A stretch of DNA of 56,616 bases from Promethearchaeota archaeon. GTDB lineage: Archaea; Asgardarchaeota; Lokiarchaeia; Sigyniarchaeales; SOKP01. The DNA lies in contig JAFGGO010000173.1 in NCBI GenBank assembly GCA_016930515.1, positions 1 to 56,616 on the forward strand, given 5' to 3'. A program made the position numbers and the translations under genes. How positions within the stretch are numbered: position 1 is the first letter of the stretch; the number at the start of each line of letters is the position of its first letter. Shown here piece by piece: positions 38,950-47,404 of this stretch. The notes under the pieces are model-generated. The model did not search any database. It was not told where the DNA came from and was given only the letters and a program-made list of their open reading frames with translations.

Positions 38950-41229
38950 CTAAAATTTTAGGATTAAAAAAGCTTCGGGAAGAAGGATAATGAAATTACT
39001 TCCCTTTGAAGGTGTTCCAGGCATGACGTCTTCAATCCATATTTTACCCATATAAGATTCAATAATTTTTTTCACTAGAGACAAGCCAAGACCTACTCCA
39101 CTGATTGTCTTGTTTTTGTTGTATATCCTTTGAAATATGGCCTCTTTTCTATTATCTTCGATACCTATGCCATTGTCCTTGAAGGAGATCCTTATATATT
39201 TCTTGTTTTCAATCTTTTCTCTGGAAATAGTCGTTTTTAAGGTAACAATGGAGTTTTCGTTATACATGATGGCATTAACCAGAATATTTTCGAACACGTC
39301 TCCAAGCATTTCGTTTGCTTTAACTTTAGCATCGTTCAAGGAGGATTTTACTTGAAATACTATTTTTTTATTAACGAACATACTTTTAACATTTTTTATT
39401 GAGATTTCTATATATTTTTTCACATCAACTGGGTAGAGCTCTTGCTCGATCTCTTCGAGTTGGGATAGTTTTCTAATGTTATTAACAAGTTTTGCACCCC
39501 GATTGATCTGGATCCTGATAATATCGATGATATCGTCTAATTCAATCTTACCTTGCTTTTTAACCTCCATTGCGTAAATCTCGTTAGCAGTTTGAATGCT
39601 TTGGAGAATGTTATTTATATCGTGAGAAAAGAGATCTTTTAATAGATTTGCGTTGTTATAGGCTTCCTTATATTGTGCTTCAGATTGTTTTAAGGCAATT
39701 TCTGCCTGAACACGTTCAGTAATATCTTCGTAAGTGCCCAGTAGGCCCACGACATGTCCTTCTGAATCGTGGAGGGGTATCTTATTTGTATCAAGCCACG
39801 CATGCTTACCGTCCGCTTGAAGTTGTTGTTCAATGATATGATATTCTGGAGTATCAGATTCCATTACGAGTGCGTCAGTTTCGTGAAAAAATTCCGCTTC
39901 CTCTTCTTGCCAAGCTAAATCGCTATCGTTTTTTCCTTTAATTTTGCCTGGATCTTGTACACCTGCCACGCGCGCAAAATTCTCGTTGCAACCTAAATAT
40001 TTCGCCTCTTTATTTTTCCAAAAAATAAATTGAGGTATATTATTTAGCACGAGTTGAAACATTTCTTGAGATTCCTTTAAGGCGTGCTCGACCTTTTTGA
40101 GTTCATCAATATCTATTATGACTCCTTCGATTGAAGAGCCATCGATATCGTCTCTTTCCACTAATTGAGCAGTAATGGATACGAATTTCTTTATTCCATT
40201 AACATTTTTCAATTCTGCTTCAAGATTGTTTACTAATTTAAATTCATTCAGAAGATCGTTAAATTGGGCAATTAACTCCTTTGAAAAATAATCAGATATT
40301 TTAGTACCAATAATGTCGTTAGCTCGAGCCAAACCAAACATTGAGGCTGTCTTATCGTTGGCTCGAATTATTTTTCCGTTTCCGACATTAGATGTCCAAA
40401 AGCCTACTTGAGCTGTTTCGTATAAAGTTCTATAATTTCTTTCCGATTCAAGCAGTTTTGCTTCTGATTTCTCTTTTTCGGTGTTGTCCGTTAAAACTCC
40501 AAGAATTCTGGGTTCGCCATCGACATTAATGAGGGTTCCATGAGCGTGAATTGAGATATAATGTCCCTTTTTATGCCTTACTTTTAATATGTAATCAAAA
40601 GGCTTGCTCAATTCTAATGTTTCACTCACTTTTTTCTTGGCTTCCTCTAAATTTGATGGATGGATAATATCAAAACCGATTTCACCGATTAATTCGACTT
40701 GGTCGTATCCAAGAATATCTTTTACTTGGGAACTCACAAATGTTATCTTTCCCTGTGAGTCTATTTCCATGATGATATCTATTAAACTATTTATAATTGT
40801 TCGGAATCGTTCTTCGGATTTTTTTAACAGCTCGTCTTTTTCGATCGAGGCTTTTTCAAGATCCTTTCTATCTGAAACATCTCTAATTATCGCTATGATG
40901 TATTCTGGGTGCTTAGATTGGTCTTTTACCACGCTTAAATTAATCTCGGAGACGAAAACAGTACCATCTTTTTTAATTAATGTCCTTTCCTTCTTTTCTA
41001 AATAACCTTCTTCCATTAACTTTTTATAGTCTTCTCGAGCTGCGTTTTTTTCTTTAAGAAATACGAATTCGAACCCATCAATTCCTATCAAGAGATCGTC
41101 ATCGTTTGCGTCGTATCCAAAGAGTTTCAGAAAAGAATCTGAATATTCAATAAATTCTCCCTTTATATTTGTAATAGCGATGGCATCTGGAGAGTTCTCG
41201 ATTAATGCGTCAAATAAGTTCTCCTTAAT
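38950..41229 (-). CDS. Cytoplasmic histidine kinase with four PAS domains
   Basis: SHDINN H-box, ENILVNA, KDNGIGI, GVGLGL. The first PAS strand (LIENSPDAIAITNIKGEF) lies upstream of TTG 41091, implying an ATT start at 41229 after GGGGGAG. Confidence 0.92.
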   Translation of the reverse strand: MKENLFDALIENSPDAIAITNIKGEFIEYSDSFLKLFGYDANDDDLLIGIDGFEFVFLKEKNAAREDYKKLMEEGYLEKKERTLIKKDGTVFVSEINLSVVKDQSKHPEYIIAIIRDVSDRKDLEKASIEKDELLKKSEERFRTIINSLIDIIMEIDSQGKITFVSSQVKDILGYDQVELIGEIGFDIIHPSNLEEAKKKVSETLELSKPFDYILKVRHKKGHYISIHAHGTLINVDGEPRILGVLTDNTEKEKSEAKLLESERNYRTLYETAQVGFWTSNVGNGKIIRANDKTASMFGLARANDIIGTKISDYFSKELIAQFNDLLNEFKLVNNLEAELKNVNGIKKFVSITAQLVERDDIDGSSIEGVIIDIDELKKVEHALKESQEMFQLVLNNIPQFIFWKNKEAKYLGCNENFARVAGVQDPGKIKGKNDSDLAWQEEEAEFFHETDALVMESDTPEYHIIEQQLQADGKHAWLDTNKIPLHDSEGHVVGLLGTYEDITERVQAEIALKQSEAQYKEAYNNANLLKDLFSHDINNILQSIQTANEIYAMEVKKQGKIELDDIIDIIRIQINRGAKLVNNIRKLSQLEEIEQELYPVDVKKYIEISIKNVKSMFVNKKIVFQVKSSLNDAKVKANEMLGDVFENILVNAIMYNENSIVTLKTTISREKIENKKYIRISFKDNGIGIEDNRKEAIFQRIYNKNKTISGVGLGLSLVKKIIESYMGKIWIEDVMPGTPSKGSNFIILLPEAFLILKF

Positions 41230-41338
41230 ATTAAAACTCCCCCTTGATTTTATTTCGAATCTGTATTAGTTATTAAAACATGTTTTTAAGATTTATATAT
41301 ATTGCACTTTTTTTGGAATGTGTTATTTTTGAGATTAA

Positions 41339-41614
41339 TTATTCATCATTATCATCATATCCATAAACACGTTGATATAAAATATCCAATTCTGCTACTC
41401 TCCATACTAAAATGTCGTAGGGACATTGCTCGAAGTATATTTGAGCTGCTTTTTGTTTTATATTTTCTTCTGGTATGTATGCTCCTAGTTTTTCCATTTG
41501 GAGTTGTCGTTCTGCTAAAAACCAGCATAAGGTGTCGTAAGGGTGACCCTCCTCGGAAAGAAAATATGCAGCAACATTTATTTCGTGAATTAAATCCTCG
41601 TTTTCATCGCACAT
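41339..41614 (-). CDS. Small protein with two DUF2934-like repeats
   Basis: INVAAYFLSEEGHPYDTLCWFLAE and IKQKAAQIYFEQCPYDILVWRVAE. Confidence 0.7.
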   Translation of the reverse strand: MCDENEDLIHEINVAAYFLSEEGHPYDTLCWFLAERQLQMEKLGAYIPEENIKQKAAQIYFEQCPYDILVWRVAELDILYQRVYGYDDNDE

Positions 41615-41742
41615 TATTTGAAAGTTCCTTTTAACATGATTAGTTATTGGATAAATAATGGGGTTTTAAAATAAATATTTTTAGGAATTGTTTGGGTATT
41701 TAACAATTATGAATTAATTAATAGTAAAAAATCGTACTTATT

Positions 41743-42699
41743 TTAATCAAGTACATAATTTGTATGGGAAATGAGCTCGTCTAGAATAAAATTCGTGAAT
41801 GTATCTTCAATATCCTCTTTATATAAATTTTTGATGAAATTTCCGTAGTCTTCAATTGCTCGAACCCTAACGATAGCGAACAAACCATATTGCTCTCCAA
41901 TTCGGAAAAGATCAGTTATATGCGAATCTTGCTCTAATCGGAGTGCTAGATTCTTGTATCTTGAGGGGTCCTTCGGCTTAACACGAACGATATATTTTCC
42001 ATTGAATCCAATCTTTCTAGGGCAAAAATTCATGCTATAATTTAGAATAACATCCGATTCTTCGAGTCGTTTTATCCTATTATAAATCGTTGATTGAGAG
42101 ATTTCCACATTATTTTTCAACTTGAGTAATTTTGACATCTTATGGGTTGATATTAACTTTATACCTTGGTCTTTTTTTAATGAATTAAGAATTAATCGAT
42201 CGGTTTCGTCGAGGTCTATTTTATTCAGTGTGGATTTTGAAAGCATGATTCCGTTTGTTTTAAACACTCTAATGACTTCCGTTATTTTGTATTTTTTAAA
42301 ATAGGAATTAGCCATGATATTATCGATTTTTGCCAAGATATCATTAAATTCCTCTGAGTCTTTGAACACAAATAATGCGATTAACGAAAATTCACCGAAA
42401 ATGCCGTCAAGGAGTATGAGCTGGGGGATTTTTAACATATTTTTTACAAGTCCAGGTTCGTTTGGGTTTGTTTTTATTTCCAATATCACATATTTAAGAT
42501 TAGGTTGGATGTTAGGATGAATATTAATCGTGAAATTTTTAATAATACCATTGAACTTCAAGGTAATGAGATCTTTCTTTAATGTCTGCCTGGATATATT
42601 CAAATTCCTGCAAATCTCAGAAATTGAAGGTTTGAAATTAGAATTAAGACTTTCGACTATGTTAAAAATCTTTTTTTGAAATAAATTTGTTATTGACAT
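41743..42699 (-). CDS. Tandem (fused dimer) Lrp/AsnC regulator
   Basis: Two HTH+RAM units (ISRQTLKK..GEFSL; LDETD..ISQSTIYNRIKRLEE..GEQYGL); divergent from ahcY. Confidence 0.88.
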   Translation of the reverse strand: MSITNLFQKKIFNIVESLNSNFKPSISEICRNLNISRQTLKKDLITLKFNGIIKNFTINIHPNIQPNLKYVILEIKTNPNEPGLVKNMLKIPQLILLDGIFGEFSLIALFVFKDSEEFNDILAKIDNIMANSYFKKYKITEVIRVFKTNGIMLSKSTLNKIDLDETDRLILNSLKKDQGIKLISTHKMSKLLKLKNNVEISQSTIYNRIKRLEESDVILNYSMNFCPRKIGFNGKYIVRVKPKDPSRYKNLALRLEQDSHITDLFRIGEQYGLFAIVRVRAIEDYGNFIKNLYKEDIEDTFTNFILDELISHTNYVLD

Positions 42700-42811
42700 T
42701 ATAATTTACTCAAATGATCAATAATTGAGTACGATTCTTACTATTTAAGTAAAATCATATTTAAATATTTACTTAAATTTACTATAATTAAAAAATATAA
42801 TGTGAATTAAC

Positions 42812-44080
42812 TTGGTAAATTACAAAATTGCTGATGAAAGTCTGGCAGATAAAGGTAAAGAATCTTTATATGTAGCAGAAAATAAAATGCCTGTCGTTGC
42901 GAAAATGATTCGGGATAGGTTTACTAAAGAAAAGCCGCTTAAAGGTATTACAATTGCGGGATGCCTTCATGTCACGAAAGAAACCGCAAACTTAGCGAGA
43001 ACTCTAAAGGCGGGAGGTGCTGAAGTGTATTTATGTGGTAGCAATCCCCTTTCAACTCAGGACGATGTAACTGCTGCTTTAGTTCAAGAGGGCATTCATA
43101 CTTTTGCGTGGCACGGTAATACTGACGATGAATTTTATTGGTGCATTAGAGAGTGCTTGAAGGCAAAACCTAACATTTTAATCGATGATGGTGCAGATAT
43201 GATAGTGACAGCTCATAAAGAATTCCCAGAATTGATATCTTCGGGAACTATCCTAGCCTGTCAAGAAGAAACTACTACGGGAGTGAAGAGATTTAAAGCA
43301 ATGGATAAGCTTGGGCAATTAAAAGTCCCGCTCTTTCCTGTGAACGACGCTCGCTGTAAAAATCAATTCGATAACGAGTTGGGAACTGGTCAAGGAATCA
43401 TCTCTGCCATTTATGGAATGCACGTACTTTTCGCTGGAAAAAACTGCGTAATCGCTGGATATGGGCATTGTTCTTCGGGAATGGCACTAAGAGCTCGTGG
43501 TTTAGGGGCAAATGTTATAGTTACAGAAATTGATCCTATAAAAGCCCTTCAAGCAAGATTTGCTGGCTTCCAAGTAATGCCCATTGCAAAAGCTCTACCT
43601 GATGCCGATATCATATTAACCGCAACAGGATGCAAGCATGTCATTGCACCCACGAAAGAGATGTTTGCCCTCCTAAAAGACGGCGTCATTCTTGGGAACT
43701 TGGGGCATTTCGATATAGAGATCCCAACGAAAGAATTATATGAACACGCCAAAGAAATCAAGCCAATTCGTTCTGATGTGGAGGAGCTCATCTTTCCAGA
43801 CGGTCGAAGGATCTACTTGTTAGCAAAAGGCAGACTCGCAAATTTAGTATTGTCCGAAGGACACCCGAGCGAGGTTATGGATATGTCGTTCGCCTTACAA
43901 GCCTTAATGTCCGAATATATAGTCAAGAATAAGGATAGTTTGAAGCCGGGAATGATTGATGTTCCCGTTGATATTGATGATTTGGTCGGTATATTGAAGC
44001 TCCAATCAATGGGAATTGATATTGACGAACTCACTGAAGAACAATACAAATACATTCATGGCTACGAAGAAGGAACTTAA
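42812..44080 (+). CDS. ahcY: Adenosylhomocysteinase
   Basis: GCLHVTKET, SNPLSTQD, DDGAD, EETTTG, VND..K..FDN, GHFD.EI, GRLAN, GHPSEVMDMSF. Confidence 0.96.
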   Translation: MVNYKIADESLADKGKESLYVAENKMPVVAKMIRDRFTKEKPLKGITIAGCLHVTKETANLARTLKAGGAEVYLCGSNPLSTQDDVTAALVQEGIHTFAWHGNTDDEFYWCIRECLKAKPNILIDDGADMIVTAHKEFPELISSGTILACQEETTTGVKRFKAMDKLGQLKVPLFPVNDARCKNQFDNELGTGQGIISAIYGMHVLFAGKNCVIAGYGHCSSGMALRARGLGANVIVTEIDPIKALQARFAGFQVMPIAKALPDADIILTATGCKHVIAPTKEMFALLKDGVILGNLGHFDIEIPTKELYEHAKEIKPIRSDVEELIFPDGRRIYLLAKGRLANLVLSEGHPSEVMDMSFALQALMSEYIVKNKDSLKPGMIDVPVDIDDLVGILKLQSMGIDIDELTEEQYKYIHGYEEGT

Positions 44081-44153
44081 TCCTTTCCCCTATTTCAATT
44101 TTTTATTATCTTATTTTTTCTAATGTACTTATATTAAATTAGTTTGATAAATT

Positions 44154-44363
44154 TCAATCAGTATTTACGAGATACTTTTTGATAAGTCTTTCGCACCCTA
44201 AACATTCGCATTGAATTTGTTCAAAAGCTCGAACGCAATAATCGCAATAATAAGAACCGCATTTGCATTTATAAATAAATCCTGATACTTTATTCTTGCA
44301 TAAAAGGCAGGTCTTTCTCTCGCTATAATATTTTCTTTCGACGGGATTCACAACTAATTTCAA
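44154..44363 (-). CDS. Small C4C4 RING-like zinc-finger protein
   Basis: C-x2-C-x10-C-x-C-x4-C-x2-C-x10-C-x2-C. Confidence 0.75.
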   Translation of the reverse strand: MKLVVNPVERKYYSERKTCLLCKNKVSGFIYKCKCGSYYCDYCVRAFEQIQCECLGCERLIKKYLVNTD

Positions 44364-44369
44364 ATGCGA

Positions 44370-44621
44370 TTAGGAGACTAGCGTTTCGATTCGCTCTTCT
44401 ACTTGGTTAAGGTTAAATTCGTCTTTAATAGGTTCTTTACAGTATATGCAGGTCATTTTCTTTCTTTTCAAGGTTTCGGCGCAATACTGGCAATAAAAAC
44501 CGTTACAATTAGGACAATTATAACGATAATGATCGATGGGATTCCTACATTTGAGGCATGCCCGTTTTGTGACTAATCGCGAAAACTCCATCAATTTAAG
44601 CGGTTTATTCTTAGCTCCCAT
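44370..44621 (-). CDS. Small C4C4 RING-like zinc-finger protein
   Basis: C-x2-C-x10-C-x2-C-x4-C-x2-C-x10-C-x2-C. Confidence 0.78.
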   Translation of the reverse strand: MGAKNKPLKLMEFSRLVTKRACLKCRNPIDHYRYNCPNCNGFYCQYCAETLKRKKMTCIYCKEPIKDEFNLNQVEERIETLVS

Positions 44622-44815
44622 ACAATATAAAAAATCCTAATATTTTGTATGTAATAGTGAATTATAGCTAAAATCATACGCCTATAGAGAAAATATATGA
44701 TAAACTAATTGGAATCTAAAATTTGTTTCCTTGAAAAAAAGATTTTTTTGGTTAGGCGTGGCTAGCCCATAAAATAAGGCATTATTAAATTTTTTGCTCT
44801 ATTCTTACCAAATTA

Positions 44816-45295
44816 TTAGTTATTTTTGTTAATCTTTGTTAAAACTTCCAATATATCTGCGTTATTTGGTATGTCTTTCATGCTATCTCCGTAATATGCG
44901 TATTGAACGATTCCTTTTTTATCTACTATTAACATTCCGGGCAATCGTCCTAACTTTGATATCTTCGTTTCTTGTTTCAAGGATTTGGTTACTTTTTTCG
45001 TTTCGTCATAAAAAATTGGATAAGTCCTTGCGTATTTTTGTTCCATTTTGATTGCATTACTTTCGTTATCTGTAAGGATGGGATATAAATATCCATCCAA
45101 CTCGTGTATTTTTTCCAAGTCCTTTCTCAGTTCTGCGGCGTGCCATCGGCAATATGGTCAATGAATGTCCCTGAAAAGTACGACGATTACATTGTTTTTA
45201 TTTTCTAGGTTTCGTATGTTCACATGTTCTCCTTGAGAGTTAGGAAGTTCAAACTCGGGAACCTTCGTTCCAACTAATTCAAACTTGTCCTTAAT
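44816..45295 (-). CDS. AhpC/TSA (peroxiredoxin-like) selenoprotein with a UxxC motif
   Basis: One frame reads (M)KDKFELVGTKVPEFELPNSQG..VIVVLFRDIH-TGA-PYCRWHAAELRKDLEK..LPGMLIVDKKGIVQYAYYG; in-frame TGA at 45158-45160. Confidence 0.85.
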
Positions 45296-45421
45296 TGTAT
45301 TCGCCTTTGCTTATGTAATTTTTATTATAAAATGTTAATTCGTGTGATAATATATACTTTTTATTTATATACTAAAAGAAACCAAAAGTAATAAGTTAAA
45401 AAATGAAGCCATACGAGGTAA

Positions 45422-46453
45422 TTAATTTTTTGGAAATAGAATATCATCAGCATTAATATCCCCATAAACTTCGCGGGCGAACGCTCTTAAACCATTCAAA
45501 CCTATTGGTTCTTCAACGAGCTTGTTCGACTCCCAAATTTTTAACGCACTAAACTCATCATGGATTTCTTGCATGTATTTTTGTTGAGTTTCTCGAATTT
45601 TTCCACAAAAATCGCATTTTTTTGCGTTTTTTCTTGGAATGAGCATGTTTGCGTGAATGGCATCAAGGGTTATGTATTTTTTCGAAAGTTCCCTTGCTCG
45701 CTTTATCTCCTCAAAACTTGGCTTTTCTGCTATTGTGACTAACCGCAATGATCCTACACTATGAATCAATTGTGTTATACGGTCGCCTCTTGCATCAAGT
45801 TCTTGGAGCATCCTATAGACTTCTTCCGAAAGTTGCTTTCGAGAACCATCGTCATGCGTGAATGGATTCATTATCTTGATCATTGTCTTTCTCAATCCCT
45901 TCAGGGCGCCTTTTATGGAATTAAAGAAATTTAAGGAATACTTGAGAATAACCTTCACTTGGTCCTCTGGAATCTCGAATAGCGCAATCATATTTCCAGT
46001 GGGTGGGAAATCGGCAACTATCAAATCAAATCGTATTCCACCTGTTAGGTCCTCAGCATCAAGAATCTTTTGGAAAAACATGCTATTCTTGAGAGCAAGT
46101 GGTATCGAGTCAGCGGTAAATGTCTTATCGATAAATTCTTTAATTTGTGGCAAATTACCTACTAAAGGCATTTTTTTCATCAATGCCCGTAATTTTTCGC
46201 TAAATTCTCTGGTATATTCCTCTGCGTAAAGGTTAGGATCGGGTTCTATACCCCAAAGATTGTCGGTCAATTGAGTAAGTTCTTCTCCTATTTCTATTTT
46301 AAACAGATCTGATAAATTATGCGCCATGTCAAATGAAATGAGCAATATTTTCTTGTTGGGAAGGGCGTCTGAAAGTGCTACTGCTGTTGCCGCACTAATC
46401 GTGCTTTTTCCTACTCCACCTTTGCCTCCGAGAACAAGTATTCGTTCAATCAT
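45422..46453 (-). CDS. ArsA/Get3 (TRC40) family ATPase
   Basis: GGKGGVGKST, SFDMAHNLSD, DFPPTG, C-terminal CDFC, EPIG. Confidence 0.9.
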   Translation of the reverse strand: MIERILVLGGKGGVGKSTISAATAVALSDALPNKKILLISFDMAHNLSDLFKIEIGEELTQLTDNLWGIEPDPNLYAEEYTREFSEKLRALMKKMPLVGNLPQIKEFIDKTFTADSIPLALKNSMFFQKILDAEDLTGGIRFDLIVADFPPTGNMIALFEIPEDQVKVILKYSLNFFNSIKGALKGLRKTMIKIMNPFTHDDGSRKQLSEEVYRMLQELDARGDRITQLIHSVGSLRLVTIAEKPSFEEIKRARELSKKYITLDAIHANMLIPRKNAKKCDFCGKIRETQQKYMQEIHDEFSALKIWESNKLVEEPIGLNGLRAFAREVYGDINADDILFPKN

Positions 46454-46633
46454 GAGCCTTTTTTTCTATAATGAGTGTTAAATTGAAATATCTTTGAACT
46501 AATAAAAATTAATCTAATCTAACGAAATTATTTATCAAATCAGCCTAGTTAAAATTATACTTTTAAAGTAATTTTAAAAATTAATCGAAAGGGAATTATT
46601 TAAAATAAAATGTAATTAATAAAAACAACGATA

Positions 46634-46828
46634 TTACATCGGAGCCTCTAATAATTGGGGTGTAACCTTCGTGTAGGACTCCACTTCGCTAAGGTCGCAA
46701 GTGATTAGGGCGTGACCCCTGTGTTGTCCTTCGAACATGTAAATTCTATTCTTCGTGGAAATGTCATCAACTTCGATCTCAACATATTCCCTGCATTTTA
46801 AACAAGCGCGTACTCTAATATAAATCAC
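46634..46828 (-). CDS. Small CxxC..HxxH putative zinc-binding protein
   Basis: RVRACLKCREY..FEGQHRGH; AGGTGA overlaps the annotated GTG, so the start may be ATT 46819. Confidence 0.7.
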   Translation of the reverse strand: MIYIRVRACLKCREYVEIEVDDISTKNRIYMFEGQHRGHALITCDLSEVESYTKVTPQLLEAPM

Positions 46829-47030
46829 CTATTTTTAATATTATATTTAATATTGTCCATGATTAGTTATAAGTATTTGTTCTTAACGATTGAATTGCCC
46901 GACATTAATAGTTCAAAATCCACACTCTTTTTTATTTTCTACTTTTTAAGTAAAAAGTGTGAAAAACGAGGGAATTATGAAGGCACTATTCATAAAGCAA
47001 AAGTTTTATAAAATGGATTATTACTATATA

Positions 47031-47381
47031 TATGTATCGTCAATCGCGATTGACGGTATTCATAGGAAAAGTTATTCAAGAATAATCAATATTTTATTCA
47101 AATTATTAACAACTTCAAGAATTAAGAATTATCATAATAAATTATCACAAATTAAAAAAAAATCAAATCATCATCATTCACAATAATAAAAATTATTGTC
47201 ATTTAAAATAATAGAAATATCAGTAATTCTCGTAATTTAGAAAAAGATTTTCAGCGAATTACTTGAAACAATTTCAATAATTTTAGGAAATTTTTCTTTA
47301 GTATAAATTTGAAATGTCAGTAACGCAAGTAATTTGCTGAAAAAATTCAATAAGTTGAATTTATTGATATCTTGAATAATT
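47031..47381 (+). ncRNA. Large structured leader or ncRNA upstream of dnaG
   Basis: Hairpin 47031-47064, long-range helix 47070-47091/47362-47381, 18-bp helix 47248-47265/47326-47343 and 8-bp hairpin 47180-47199, with G-U pairs on the + strand; TATA-like at 47004-47012. Confidence 0.6.
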
Positions 47382-47404
47382 AAAAATCAAAAAGAGTGAT
47401 AAAT

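Noticed and set aside
46959-47186. 75-aa ORF upstream of dnaG
   Set aside because: Low-complexity AT-driven composition; it overlaps a TATA-like box and RNA helices, so it is probably spurious.
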